Below are positions 20,701-31,405 of a DNA stretch of 64,000 nt, piece after piece. The position numbers and the translations under genes are program-made. The stretch's first letter is position 1; each line of letters opens with the position of its first letter. The DNA comes from a virus. The notes beneath the pieces are model-generated. The model had not been told where the DNA came from, searched no databases, and saw only the letters and a list, made by a program, of their open reading frames with translations. The stretch is from IMG/VR virus record IMGVR_UViG_3300013114_000098; one strand, 5' to 3'.

Positions 20701-23700
20701 CAGACCCGGCAAACTTTACTAAAACATTTAAAACAAGATTTACATTTAACGGTGATACTAATATTAGAGATCACGTATACGTTTACTTAACAGAAAACAA
20801 TGGTAGCAACGTACAAGTAAGAAAACTTCTTTTAAAAGATAGAGATTATACATTTCTAAGTGATACAGTTACATTAAATGTTACTTATGCCGCATTAGAC
20901 ACTGCTAAGACAGCTCCTAAAGTAGAAGTTTATCATATTAAAATGGACGAGGAATCTTATGTTCCACCTAGTATGGTTAAACTTGGATTAGCATATGGTG
21001 TTGAACCGCAAGTACATGGAAACATTTTATACACACATGATGGTAAACAAATAGATGTAACGGGCAAAGATATTGAAAACATTGGAGCAGGTGCAACGTT
21101 TGATCCTGTTAATGCAGTAATATTTGAAATGGAAAAACGTATATATGCTGGACTAGTTAAAGAAGATGCTATGTACAATGATGAGAGTGAAGGAGTAGAT
21201 AGATTTAATTCTCCAGTAGAATACATACCAACTGAACATGTAGGTACATGGTTTAAATTAAATGATTTAAATAATTACGTAGAAAAACATTATTACAAGT
21301 GGGCAAGACTTAATAAAATTACAAGCCTAAACACAGCTAATTATTATGATGCCGCAGATCCATTTACATGGAATTATAGCACCATAACAATTAGTGGACA
21401 CTTTACAGGCAATACATTACCAGGACATTGGAAGGGTGCGTACACACACTTATTTGGAACATGCACACCACACATTACTCCGTGGCATATGTTAGGTTAC
21501 GCATTTAAGCCAACTTGGTGGGATGCAAATTATAGTTGGACAGATGCAACTAAACGTACAGCATTATTAAATGCATTGAGTAAAGGTATTATTTCAAATC
21601 CAAGTAGCAATACAACACAAGTAATAAGAAATGCAAGACACTCTTGGGATTTTACAACTAAGTGTCCAGTTAAAGCAGATGGCACACTGGAAGATCCTAG
21701 CACAGTATTAGGCATGCCAGCAAATATTGATAAAGAAAAAGAATTTGTATTTGGTGATTGGGGACCTGTAGAAGCACAATGGAGACTAAGTGCATTTGGT
21801 CAATCTATGATGCTAGACGCAGTATTAAAATTAAATCCTGCAAAAGCATGGACAGACTTTTTTCAACCTGGTGTTATTGGCAAACATAACGCAATTATAA
21901 GAAATACAAATCATTATAATAAATTATTGCCTGCAACAGGTGATTATAAAATTCCAGGAAAAATATATGAGAACAGCATTGAGAGTTTAACACTTAATAG
22001 TAACTCATCAAACACATTAGAAAAAACAGGATATTTTAATATATTAGATGATAGCAAAAGTACTATTGCTAGAGCAAGATATAGACTTACTGTACCAAGT
22101 GCAAGTACAGGAACAGCAGAAGTTCTTAGTTTAATAGAACGTGGGCTAGACTTTACTGGGCAACCAATTGTTTCATATGTTGGATCTGATTCAGTACTAA
22201 ATCCTATAGATGTTGCAATAAAACTTAAACAAGTTCCATTTACAGCAAATGGAATAGCACAAGCACAATACAACTATATAATTAGAAATAGCATTGACGT
22301 TAGTTTAGAAGACTTATATAAAAATTTAACAACTAAATTACAAGCAAAACTAAACGGTTTTACTAGTAAACATTTAATAAATGTATCTGCAGAAACTAGT
22401 GTAGTGGGTGACTTTGAATTAGGAATTGCTGATTTTAATGTTAGCATGTATGAAGGTTCTGTTACAGAACTAGTTACAGCAAGTTTATTAGTTATTACAA
22501 AAACACTTACTGGTTATAAAGTAGCAGGTATTAATAATAACACTAGAGAGTTTAAATTTTATGAACCGAACTTAGTAAGCCCAACAGATTATACAACACA
22601 AACTATTGCTGGGCAAACAGTAAGACGATATAATAAATTTGTTACAACACCAAGTATTGTTGAGTATGATGCAGAATTTGAAAAACTACAAGACATGTAT
22701 AATTTTATACGAGGCTATTGGAATTGGATGGAAACAAGCGGGTATACACCTGCTTACGATGGTGACAGCTCTGCTAGTGATTTTGTTACATGGGCATTAC
22801 GTGCAGAAGTTAATAACGGATATATTTTACAAATAGGTAGAGAAATTAAATTTAAACCAACAAGTGGTCATGTATATGAGTATAACCAATTAGAATATAA
22901 TAGCAATGATATTTTATTAACGGATTCTACTAGAATAGAAAATAGCAAGTTAGGTATTAAACGTGCTGATGGAACAACTTCAATTGAAACAAAAAATAAA
23001 GAATTTATAGGAAGTGTTACCAGTGCTGTTTTAGATTACGAACATATTATTATATTTGAAAACAAAACAGCATTAGGAGTAAATATTTTTGATGACGTTA
23101 AAAATAATAGTCAAGAACGACTTCGATTAAAAGGACAAAGAACACAAAATTGGACAGGTGAAAAGAAAGCACCTGGTTACTTAGTATTTAATGATAGCAT
23201 TGTACAAAACTTTGACAGTGCAGTACAAAGCATTGATGATATGTACAGAACAGATGTAGATCATTTTAATGAGTCATTTTCAAAAGCAAAAGATTTAACA
23301 ATAGGAAATGTAGAAGGACTGTTATTAGATAATTTAGGTATTAATAAAAACGTACTAACAAACTATCATCAAGGTATGATAAAAGAAAAAGGTACAAAGG
23401 GTGCAGTAGAACATATAGGTAAAAGTGATATACTACATAATAGTGAAACAAAAGTTTCCGCATACGAACAATATATGTTTAGGCAATCACATTTAGGTAA
23501 TGACGATTTTGATAATGCACTTGAAATAGAAATAGTTTCGAGCGATGTTAATTCATCACCTCAAGTAATAACCCTTGATAAAACATCTACAGATTCTAAT
23601 GTAATTGTAGCAACTAGTGATAAAATTGTTAATGATAAATCTATTACATTTGATACATTAAGTTATGAAGATTCAAATTCTGACATACTTACAGGAGGCG

Positions 23701-26700
23701 AGGCTCTAGCTACTGAAACAAAATATAGAGTATTAAATTCAACTAAATTAAGTTCTGTATTTGACAGTACTGCTGATTATGCAATAATTCCTACATGGAG
23801 CCCTATAGTTAGTTATAAAAAAGGTGATCAAGTACGTTTCAGAGGTGAGTTGTGGAAATGTAATACAAACTTTACTGGCTTAGATGTAGTAGCACCAGCT
23901 ATAGAAGTAACAACACCATTAGCAACAGATCAACAAATACTTACATACGGAACAGTAGCAAACATTGCTGGAACAACAGTTACTATTGAGAAAACAAATC
24001 TAGCATATAATGATATTGTTGCTACAGGTTCATCTTTTACTCCATTCTTAGAAAGCGAAACTCTTAGTATCGCAGGTGAAACAATTACATTTAATAAACA
24101 AGAAAGTATACCTACAGTAATAGGACCAGCAGTTATACTTGGTGAAGCAGGACCTGTTTCATTTACTGATGTAACTGGCAAGAGCATTACTATTAATATT
24201 AGACATGGTACAAATGGTGATAGTAATACAGTAATTGATTTTGATACAACACCAGCAAACGTAGTTGAAAACTTTACAGGCGATGGAACTACAACACAAT
24301 TTACAATAGCACAAACAATGTCGGGTGCTACTTACATGGTAGACAGTATAACAGTTAACGGTGTAACACAAAATGTAACAACAGACTATACACAAAATTT
24401 GCAAATTATTACTTTTGTAAATGCACCAGCAAATAGTGCCGCTATTGTTATAACATTAGTACACACGCCACACCAGATGAGTTCAACACAAATTAGAGAT
24501 CGTATTAATTCTTATGGTATAGCAAACTTAACAGCATCACTTGAAACAGCAGGCACTATTGAAGTATTACAATTAAGTTATCAAGATACTGATGTAGAAA
24601 ATGAATTAGTCTTGGAAGCGGGTTCAACTAATAACGATTTAGGATTCATTACAAGTCCAATAAATCAACAGATAGTTAAAGCACAACCACAACAAGGAGT
24701 ACTTACTCCAACTAATTTAACTGTAGAAGAAGTTAGAGATCAGATTAATAATACATCTGTTCTTCCAACAAATATAACAGCAACAGTCGCTAGTGGTAAT
24801 ATTGTATTAACAGATACAACAGGATCAACCCCATTATTAATATCTGGAACAGCAAGAACAAAATTAGGTTTAGATGCAAGTTATCCAGTAAGTACATATT
24901 CAGCTAATCGCTCAGCAACATATTCAGAAGCAGTAGCAGATATACAAGCGGCTCTTACAGCGGCAAGTATAACAGATGTTAGTATTGTTGTAATTGGAAA
25001 CGCAATTAAAATAACATCAACTGCGGCAAGTTTAACTTTAGGTGATACTACTTTTAATAGCCAAACAGGATTACAAACAGGAACTATATATGCGGCAGAA
25101 GGTAATATTGATAATATATGGGACAGCGATCATGCATCTTACTTTGATGCAATAACTGCCGACCCAGCATTATATAACATACTAGTAGCAGACGATAGTG
25201 ATTTTGAAATTACTTCTTCTGGTGCAGTACAAACAAAGTTCTGGGGATGGAATGTTCTTCAAGTAACACAAAGACGACAAGATGTTTCAGGAGTACTTAC
25301 TACTACACCATTATATAGTTTACCAAGTGCGGCTAAAAATGCGGCTTCATCAAATCCTACTACATGTGGTATATGTGCAGGTACTTCAAGTAAAGATGGT
25401 AATGATGCTGAAATAACAACTAACCTTCCACACGGATTACAAGTAGGTGATTGGGTACAATTATTAAACACAGATACTACACCAAACATAGATGGAATAC
25501 ACAAAGTAACAAAAGTAGATGCAAACGACAATCAAATATTTTATATAGACGAGTACATTGAACATTGTGGTAATGCAGTATCAATTATGCCATTAGTAAC
25601 TACTAGATTTACAAACATAGATCAAAGAGACGGAGATGGTACTGTAACATATAATAATATAACAGGTGCAGAGAGTCTTGCACGTTGGAATATTCCAACT
25701 GATGCATATACTTTCCTTAGTTATGTAGATGCAGTTAGAGGAACATATGTATACAAAAAAGGTACAACACTTGCTACTAGAATTAATAAAACAAGGCCTA
25801 CTAATAAAGATATAGACAGTGTAGTAATTTATAATCATAAAGAAAATAAATCAAAAGTGCAATTAGAAGTATGGGATCCAATGAGAAAGATTATTCCTGG
25901 TATAGCTCAACAAAATTTAGATTATATTAATTTCTCTGACAATGCAATTTATACCACATCAACTGATACTAATCATCTTGTAGACTTAGATAATGCATGG
26001 GGTGAAGAACAAATAGGAACTAGATGGTGGGATATAAGTAAAGCAAGATACTATGATTACGACCAAGGCGGGTCGGTTAATAAGACAGCCGCTTGGGGAT
26101 ACTTATACCCAGGAGCAGAAATTGTTGTTTGGGAATGGATTAAATCAAGTGTAGCACCAGATGATTATGCTGATGCAGTAACTAATTTAACAGAAATGTT
26201 TGGAACAATAGCAACTGGTGAAGCATACTCTGTTTACGATAATGTTGCAAAAGAAACATTATATTACTATACAACAGAAAAAGAATATAATAGACAAACA
26301 GGATCTTATAATGATGTATATTATTATTGGGTTAAAGATAAAACAACAATGTCAGATACAAGAACATTATCAGCATATGATGTTGCTAGTATGATTGAAA
26401 ATCCAACAGCAAGTGGTGTTAGTTGGTTTGCAGTTATAAGCGAAAACGAAATTATCATTGATAATATTAATTATTATATAGAAGATAAAAATACTGTATT
26501 ACAAATTAATAAAGCAGGTAATAAATTTAACTCACATAACGAATGGATGCTTATTGCAAAAGATTCAGATTTAATTCCAGAGTATTATATAAATGCTATG
26601 AAACGTAATTTTGCTGGTAGAGATGGTAGTAAAACACCATTGCCATATTCAACATTACATAAGTTTAATAGATACGGTGATGATATGACTATTGGTCAAA

Positions 26701-28160
26701 CATGGTTTAATAATTTATCGGATGCCAGAAGAAATGCTATAGTAACACTTAATACTCAATTGAAAAATATTAATCTAAATGATGAATTTGAACATACATG
26801 GGATAGAACATTTATAACTAATAACTTTCCTACATTGTTATGGAATTGGGTAGACTATGAATTAAAATCATATACAGGAACACTTAATCATACAACAACA
26901 ATTACAATATATTCAGATTTAGATACTATAGATAAAGATTATCATTCAGTAGCTAAATTAAATATATTTGATAACACTGATCAACTTGACAGAAGTGAGA
27001 TATACGCATACAACGAATCAACTAGTAAGTGGGAGTTAGTATTTAAAAAGAATAATACAATTAAATTTGATGAGGCACTATTATCCGCAGTAGGTGGATG
27101 GGATAGAAATGTATGGGATTCTACACCGTGGGATTTTGCAGACATTGCTGAATATTGGGAAACATTACTAGATGCATTAAACAACGATATATTTGTTCAT
27201 TATAATAAACATCAAATGAATACTTTCTTCTTTAGTGTTATTCACTATGTATTAAGTTCAATGGAACAAACAACTTGGGTTAGAAAAACAACATATATTA
27301 GATTAGAATTTGCTGACGCAATTAATACAACTACTAAAAAATATACAAAGAGTAAAATTAATAATGTAATAGGATACGTACAAGAAGTTAAACCTTTCCA
27401 TACTAAGTCAAGTACAGTACTTACAAAACATACTAACTTAGATGAAGTTGGCCTTACAATAACAGAGGATCCAAAAACAAATATAACTATTAAGCCACAA
27501 GCATATGATGGTGTATTTGGTGGCAACACATATGCAGGTGCATCGGATTGGGGCACAACATATGATGATTACATTACAGGTGAAGGTACAAATATATACA
27601 GTGGCCCTGACTTTATAGCTCCTGAGTTATTCAACTATACAGTTGATGGGCATAACAGAAATAGTTTAGTAGAAATTAGCCCACTTGAATTATTAAGAAT
27701 TAACGTACAAACAAATGCTTCAGGTAGTACACATGCAACTACTTCAAGAACATTTGCACACGTACAAGATAATAATGGATATGTAAATGCATATTCATTA
27801 ACAGAAGCAAAAGAAACAACATTAACAGCCGCACTAGATTTAGATGACACAACTATAAGTGTAGCAAGTACAACAGCATTTGATAGTGTTGGTATTGCTT
27901 ATATAGGCGGCGAGCTAATAGAATACGTTGTAGCAGATGCTACAACATTAGGAATTACAAAACGTGAGATTGCTGGAACATTTAGTGTTATAGCAAGTAT
28001 AGGAGACTCAATAATAAATGTAACTAACTCAAAACTTACATTTGCTAATGATGATCCAAGTCATTATCAGTATAACACGTTAAGTGATACAATTTTAAAC
28101 AGCCCAGGCTCAACACAGGCACAAGAGTTGCAATCATTAGGCAAGGGTGTAGAATTATAA
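17766..28160 (+). CDS. Giant virion structural protein (3464 aa), gp7-like baseplate wedge position
   Basis: Follows gp6. N-terminal FLPTVFQT, a CBM5/12-like WSPIVSYKKGDQV, Thr-rich beta modules, HGLQVGDWVQL and C-terminal YVQEVKPFHTK. Confidence 0.65.
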   Translation: MAKKRSGQQTVNNVKSSNFLPTVFQTELNKSWLDSTLDQMVSKGPLENIDGYIGSRNGKVSLASDDYLETKETKSQLKPAVVSYNKQKELTNAITFDDIANSINTNFSTYNYNAAYASDRYSFNPPINIDKFVNYTNYRWVEELPVYESIWTGSAKNPITDIQTNGKSQLVDDNNTFTVENNMLIKFTGSGWNASVLNKTYIVAGSAGKHKLYEYIDENGVRVYNNTVKHSENNDGVWHNNVLFNAELNTNYNGYNAGTVESPEQLVTHYNNTNPRLPFFDGFNFPQLTSNPTQLISDMLVKFTGSWVHSGITNSTDIFSITINATTGDIAITAATAAQIISANETLSPDNNLMYDEGNAVTPQKDYIVITKDDPFQTAWSRANHWVNISTINKLVDLIPTYDFTEIKNIKRKAQRPIIEYNAGINLWNQAEHTGVQYLGAVHGLAQADAKPTTVGDKYLYIDNSDYKLYTVASGTDTSVDLTDNDTFSIKSTLHTSWVEADGYCIDGTITLAQQKTKINQYPLYKFYNMEGESLEGGCGKSFTGDKIFGYKVGTGTNDTELGFPLSFKDTPKGAEYEFENFILTNKYYTNHSNAEYSKATYSKDQIGYNLFKQNNVLKTIYTPAGNIAGAFENAQYKIEAIDAPLTIPYGYNNWRPTSTYLIHNIDNDVSITIAHDNGTTHTTRTGNAELYTVGENQTVVFENLTGLALTVVSYGVDIESTSIPEISFARSGQKITLVTSASSNNTHFDIVAGGTTVLQSFIVTQQWDNSFYKLTVNGNNIEPAKVTIGATTVTIDESAFAINDLVDFSWRNNDLANKTTNISLPDVHIHNANNTAIETFTMSETINHWTDKLNAMPGFDGNMLGDNNFASIPHTTHHGGTIFMHENISAMHDINYSNNNLTITGALVEQGKEFDAFRTRVGAQARRLYTLGTTTIQALTDSAITEILRNKQKSKLYNTSNMLYTDLINKHEFDLEDADPANFTKTFKTRFTFNGDTNIRDHVYVYLTENNGSNVQVRKLLLKDRDYTFLSDTVTLNVTYAALDTAKTAPKVEVYHIKMDEESYVPPSMVKLGLAYGVEPQVHGNILYTHDGKQIDVTGKDIENIGAGATFDPVNAVIFEMEKRIYAGLVKEDAMYNDESEGVDRFNSPVEYIPTEHVGTWFKLNDLNNYVEKHYYKWARLNKITSLNTANYYDAADPFTWNYSTITISGHFTGNTLPGHWKGAYTHLFGTCTPHITPWHMLGYAFKPTWWDANYSWTDATKRTALLNALSKGIISNPSSNTTQVIRNARHSWDFTTKCPVKADGTLEDPSTVLGMPANIDKEKEFVFGDWGPVEAQWRLSAFGQSMMLDAVLKLNPAKAWTDFFQPGVIGKHNAIIRNTNHYNKLLPATGDYKIPGKIYENSIESLTLNSNSSNTLEKTGYFNILDDSKSTIARARYRLTVPSASTGTAEVLSLIERGLDFTGQPIVSYVGSDSVLNPIDVAIKLKQVPFTANGIAQAQYNYIIRNSIDVSLEDLYKNLTTKLQAKLNGFTSKHLINVSAETSVVGDFELGIADFNVSMYEGSVTELVTASLLVITKTLTGYKVAGINNNTREFKFYEPNLVSPTDYTTQTIAGQTVRRYNKFVTTPSIVEYDAEFEKLQDMYNFIRGYWNWMETSGYTPAYDGDSSASDFVTWALRAEVNNGYILQIGREIKFKPTSGHVYEYNQLEYNSNDILLTDSTRIENSKLGIKRADGTTSIETKNKEFIGSVTSAVLDYEHIIIFENKTALGVNIFDDVKNNSQERLRLKGQRTQNWTGEKKAPGYLVFNDSIVQNFDSAVQSIDDMYRTDVDHFNESFSKAKDLTIGNVEGLLLDNLGINKNVLTNYHQGMIKEKGTKGAVEHIGKSDILHNSETKVSAYEQYMFRQSHLGNDDFDNALEIEIVSSDVNSSPQVITLDKTSTDSNVIVATSDKIVNDKSITFDTLSYEDSNSDILTGGEALATETKYRVLNSTKLSSVFDSTADYAIIPTWSPIVSYKKGDQVRFRGELWKCNTNFTGLDVVAPAIEVTTPLATDQQILTYGTVANIAGTTVTIEKTNLAYNDIVATGSSFTPFLESETLSIAGETITFNKQESIPTVIGPAVILGEAGPVSFTDVTGKSITINIRHGTNGDSNTVIDFDTTPANVVENFTGDGTTTQFTIAQTMSGATYMVDSITVNGVTQNVTTDYTQNLQIITFVNAPANSAAIVITLVHTPHQMSSTQIRDRINSYGIANLTASLETAGTIEVLQLSYQDTDVENELVLEAGSTNNDLGFITSPINQQIVKAQPQQGVLTPTNLTVEEVRDQINNTSVLPTNITATVASGNIVLTDTTGSTPLLISGTARTKLGLDASYPVSTYSANRSATYSEAVADIQAALTAASITDVSIVVIGNAIKITSTAASLTLGDTTFNSQTGLQTGTIYAAEGNIDNIWDSDHASYFDAITADPALYNILVADDSDFEITSSGAVQTKFWGWNVLQVTQRRQDVSGVLTTTPLYSLPSAAKNAASSNPTTCGICAGTSSKDGNDAEITTNLPHGLQVGDWVQLLNTDTTPNIDGIHKVTKVDANDNQIFYIDEYIEHCGNAVSIMPLVTTRFTNIDQRDGDGTVTYNNITGAESLARWNIPTDAYTFLSYVDAVRGTYVYKKGTTLATRINKTRPTNKDIDSVVIYNHKENKSKVQLEVWDPMRKIIPGIAQQNLDYINFSDNAIYTTSTDTNHLVDLDNAWGEEQIGTRWWDISKARYYDYDQGGSVNKTAAWGYLYPGAEIVVWEWIKSSVAPDDYADAVTNLTEMFGTIATGEAYSVYDNVAKETLYYYTTEKEYNRQTGSYNDVYYYWVKDKTTMSDTRTLSAYDVASMIENPTASGVSWFAVISENEIIIDNINYYIEDKNTVLQINKAGNKFNSHNEWMLIAKDSDLIPEYYINAMKRNFAGRDGSKTPLPYSTLHKFNRYGDDMTIGQTWFNNLSDARRNAIVTLNTQLKNINLNDEFEHTWDRTFITNNFPTLLWNWVDYELKSYTGTLNHTTTITIYSDLDTIDKDYHSVAKLNIFDNTDQLDRSEIYAYNESTSKWELVFKKNNTIKFDEALLSAVGGWDRNVWDSTPWDFADIAEYWETLLDALNNDIFVHYNKHQMNTFFFSVIHYVLSSMEQTTWVRKTTYIRLEFADAINTTTKKYTKSKINNVIGYVQEVKPFHTKSSTVLTKHTNLDEVGLTITEDPKTNITIKPQAYDGVFGGNTYAGASDWGTTYDDYITGEGTNIYSGPDFIAPELFNYTVDGHNRNSLVEISPLELLRINVQTNASGSTHATTSRTFAHVQDNNGYVNAYSLTEAKETTLTAALDLDDTTISVASTTAFDSVGIAYIGGELIEYVVADATTLGITKREIAGTFSVIASIGDSIINVTNSKLTFANDDPSHYQYNTLSDTILNSPGSTQAQELQSLGKGVEL

Positions 28161-28177
28161 TATTATTTAATGAATAG

Positions 28178-28185
28178 CATAAATA
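28178..28185 (+). promoter_or_regulatory. Late-promoter-like box
   Basis: CATAAATA upstream of ATG 28205. Confidence 0.6.
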
Positions 28186-28204
28186 GTGTATAAGGAATAG
28201 GAAT

Positions 28205-28819
28205 ATGAAAACATTAAACGAAAACTCAATAGTTAAAGTAGAAGGACACGTTGTAATCACAGATGTTGATACAGGTGAAGTTTTACTTGACAAATATAAC
28301 GCGATTAATTTTCAGAACTTTGCATATGCTGTAGCGAAAGCTATGGCTAATCAAACAAATGTCTCTACTGGCAATGGATATTATATATCTAAACTAGCGT
28401 TTGGTTATGGAGGTACTGAGATTGACGTAAACGGAAATATGACATACAAAGATGCAAGAGTATCAGGTGAGTCAGTTGATGGATTGTATAACGCAAGTCC
28501 AGCAACAATAGGAGCTGACCCGGCAGTAAGTCCATTACAAAAAGCAGTAACTACATTTACTGTTAACAATGCCGCTAATCAACCATACTCAGATTTAGAG
28601 TGTAAGGTTGTATTAGACTACAACGAGCCAGACGCAACAGGACCAGCTACAGACAATGCATCAGACTTTGACGATGCAGACAGTTTTGTATTTGACGAAA
28701 TTGCATTAATGACTAATACAGATACTTACTTAACACATTTAATATTCCATCCTATTCAAAAAAGTAATAACAGAAAATTAGAGATATTATATACTCTAAG
28801 AATTAGAGCAGGAGTTTAA
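28205..28819 (+). CDS. Virion structural protein (baseplate/fibre attachment)
   Basis: VEGHVVITD, FDEIAL and LTHLIFHPIQKS motifs; late box and module position. Confidence 0.55.
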   Translation: MKTLNENSIVKVEGHVVITDVDTGEVLLDKYNAINFQNFAYAVAKAMANQTNVSTGNGYYISKLAFGYGGTEIDVNGNMTYKDARVSGESVDGLYNASPATIGADPAVSPLQKAVTTFTVNNAANQPYSDLECKVVLDYNEPDATGPATDNASDFDDADSFVFDEIALMTNTDTYLTHLIFHPIQKSNNRKLEILYTLRIRAGV

Positions 28820-28821
28820 TT

Positions 28822-29766
28822 ATGGCATCAGGATATACAATTAGCAAACACGGTGTTACAGGCACTAATAATGGCGGAAGTTTTAATATCGCTGATGATA
28901 CTGTAAACGTAACAGATACTAGTTTAAGTTTAGTGGGCAAGTATCATGTTGGATATGGTGCAGACATTGCACAAAACTCGGTTAGCTTATTAGAAAATTT
29001 TGCAAGTGACACAGAACCATCTAATCCAATTGAAGGTCAACTATGGTGGCACCCAGCAGAAGAACAATTAAAGATAAGACATGACGGTGCATGGTTAGGA
29101 ATAGATTCAGATTCAAAAGTAGCTACAGTAAAAGATACTCTGAACGTAAACCATACTGTAGTATTAACTAAAGTAAATGGTGTTTATGTTTCTTTAACAA
29201 GTTCAGATAATGCAGATTGGATTATTAATGTATCTGAAACAACAATTGAACCTTACTTTAGAAATAACGGTTTAGTAGGTACAGCGGATAACGCAACTAT
29301 TAAACCAGGTATTAATTTAAGTACAGATAGTACAAGAGGAATGAAGTTTCATGGAACAGCAACCACTGCACAATATGCTGACGTTGCAGAGCTTTATACA
29401 TCTGATATAGAATATGCTCCAGGTACTGTCCTAACAAACAACACAGATGATTCACAAGAAGTTACCCAAACAACACATTCATTAGACAATAATGTTATTG
29501 GCGTAGTAACTACAGACCCAGCATTATTAATGAATAGTGTATTGCCAGGAACTACGGTTGGGGTAGCATTACTTGGCAGAACACCATGTAAGGTTACCGG
29601 CGAAGTTACTAAGGGTGATAGAATTATCAGTAGTGACGTTCCAGGACACGGTCAATCAGTAAACGCTGTTGAAGAATTTTCATATCAACATGTTGTTGGC
29701 AGAGCGATTGAATCAAAAACAACTCCAGGCGAAGGTATAATAGAAGTAGTAATCGGAGTAAAGTAA
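28822..29766 (+). CDS. Tail-fibre-like protein with a C-terminal intramolecular-chaperone-like domain
   Basis: LLENFAS..PSNPIEGQLWW at the N-terminus; YADVAELY...GVVTTDPA...VALLGRTPCKV at the C-terminus. Confidence 0.6.
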   Translation: MASGYTISKHGVTGTNNGGSFNIADDTVNVTDTSLSLVGKYHVGYGADIAQNSVSLLENFASDTEPSNPIEGQLWWHPAEEQLKIRHDGAWLGIDSDSKVATVKDTLNVNHTVVLTKVNGVYVSLTSSDNADWIINVSETTIEPYFRNNGLVGTADNATIKPGINLSTDSTRGMKFHGTATTAQYADVAELYTSDIEYAPGTVLTNNTDDSQEVTQTTHSLDNNVIGVVTTDPALLMNSVLPGTTVGVALLGRTPCKVTGEVTKGDRIISSDVPGHGQSVNAVEEFSYQHVVGRAIESKTTPGEGIIEVVIGVK

Positions 29767-30993
29767 ATGCTAACAAAGCCTTTACCAGTTGTCACAGGCG
29801 AACTAATTGAAGCCGAGCACTTAAATGATCTTGTTGCTTACTACAATGAGATTTGGAATACCCCTTCAACGGGCCCATTTGCATTTAATACTCATAACGA
29901 TGCCACAGGTAACAATCTTGATAGAAGATTTGGCTGGGGGCAATCATTAGCAACAATTGTTCCAACTCCAATAGCATCTACTTCAGCAAATAGTTATAAT
30001 GGAACAAAAGTAACTCTTAGTGATATTAATCAAATTACTGCTCAAATAAACGCAGGTGGATATCATAAAGAAGACGATCCAAGTCTTGCAGGGTTAATAG
30101 TACTTACTAGTTTTTCAGTAGGTGACAAAATTCCAACTACATTATATAATAGTGTATGCACTCACGCAGAAAATTTAACAACAAACAAATACAAAGTAGA
30201 CTGGATTAATTTAAGTTTAGCAGAAGTCACATCAACAAACACAGCATCTTGGACAGAGGATCTAGAAGTAGTTCATAAATTTGCATTTACAGATTATAAC
30301 GAAGCAAGATACTTTTTTAATAGTGGTGGTGAACTTACTTTTGAATTAACAATGGCATCGGGTGGAACAGCCGCCAATCAAATATGGCAAGATATATTTA
30401 ATCAATTTGACAGCATTAGAATTGGTGCTGAAACTTGTAGAGTTGTTACTGATGATGACGCAGGTGAAACACAATGGGATGTTATAGGTACAAGTAGTAT
30501 TAATAAAGGATTTTATACTGGAATAATATATTCAGCCACACCAGCATTCAATACTATACTAGATGCAGGTGTTTTTAGTTATCTTGATAGTCCAACTAAC
30601 GAAAATGCCTATGTTTACATATACAGTGAGTATAACAGCAGAAGAATTAGAATACAATTAAAAGCAGATGAAGTAGGTGGAACTTTTAATGTATATGTTA
30701 AGGTTATACTAATTGAAGATGCTGATGATACGTTTGCTATTACACAAGCCATAACATTAGAATCTGGATATGTGCAACCAAGTACTACTCCATTAACAGC
30801 AGATACTAATAAATCATTTATGACTGTAGGCAGTACAATGTATCAATTCTTAGAAAGAAATGCTCCTACTGTTACAGAAGAACAACCATGGACACCTGTA
30901 GATGCACCAGATGGTGAACAATTAAATTGGGCATCAACTGACCCGGGTACTATATGGCAAAATACCGGCGGATCAAAATTCACTAAGATTTAA
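29767..30993 (+). CDS. Virion structural/fibre-associated protein
   Basis: GWGQ and ARYFFNSGGEL motifs; Thr/Ser-rich; last gene of the structural module. Confidence 0.5.
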   Translation: MLTKPLPVVTGELIEAEHLNDLVAYYNEIWNTPSTGPFAFNTHNDATGNNLDRRFGWGQSLATIVPTPIASTSANSYNGTKVTLSDINQITAQINAGGYHKEDDPSLAGLIVLTSFSVGDKIPTTLYNSVCTHAENLTTNKYKVDWINLSLAEVTSTNTASWTEDLEVVHKFAFTDYNEARYFFNSGGELTFELTMASGGTAANQIWQDIFNQFDSIRIGAETCRVVTDDDAGETQWDVIGTSSINKGFYTGIIYSATPAFNTILDAGVFSYLDSPTNENAYVYIYSEYNSRRIRIQLKADEVGGTFNVYVKVILIEDADDTFAITQAITLESGYVQPSTTPLTADTNKSFMTVGSTMYQFLERNAPTVTEEQPWTPVDAPDGEQLNWASTDPGTIWQNTGGSKFTKI

Positions 30994-31002
30994 CAAACCC
31001 CA

Positions 31003-31031
31003 TTGACAAACAAGACTAAATAGTGTATTAT
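31003..31031 (+). promoter_or_regulatory. sigma70-type promoter with an embedded late-like box
   Basis: TTGACA 31003-31008, 17 bp, TATTAT 31026-31031. The spacer contains CTAAATAGT. Confidence 0.6.
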
Positions 31032-31057
31032 ATACATATATAATAAAGGAGTATTCT

Positions 31058-31405
31058 ATGGACGAAAGACTCGAGAAGGCACTAGAGTTTAGTAATTATG
31101 CTTTAACCATTAATAATCAAAAAAGAAATATTAGAAATAGAGTTGCACAATTACAAATTGTACATCACTTAGGTGGTGTGTTTATTGCTAATCACGAAAC
31201 AATTGCTTTTGTAAAGGCATTAATTGACTTAAAACATAAGAATTCTGTTGTTATTGATAGTAAAAACAATCCTATTACAGTAAAAAGTTTAAAGGATTTA
31301 CTAGAAAAACTTGTAGATGCATACACAAGTGCTACTACTGAATTTGATATTGAGAACGAAAAACTTAAGAAAGCACGAAACATTAAGAAAATAATGGATT
31401 GGTAA
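31058..31405 (+). CDS. Hypothetical protein
   Basis: 115-aa ORF with an AAGGAG RBS; first gene of the glycan island. Confidence 0.65.
   Translation: MDERLEKALEFSNYALTINNQKRNIRNRVAQLQIVHHLGGVFIANHETIAFVKALIDLKHKNSVVIDSKNNPITVKSLKDLLEKLVDAYTSATTEFDIENEKLKKARNIKKIMDW

Noticed and set aside
15233-27850. Many 60-110 aa minus-strand ORFs inside the gp6-like and 3464-aa genes (similar shadows occur elsewhere, e.g. 1087, 1807, 6823, 59665)
   Set aside because: These are antisense shadows of long coding frames, with no RBS or motifs.
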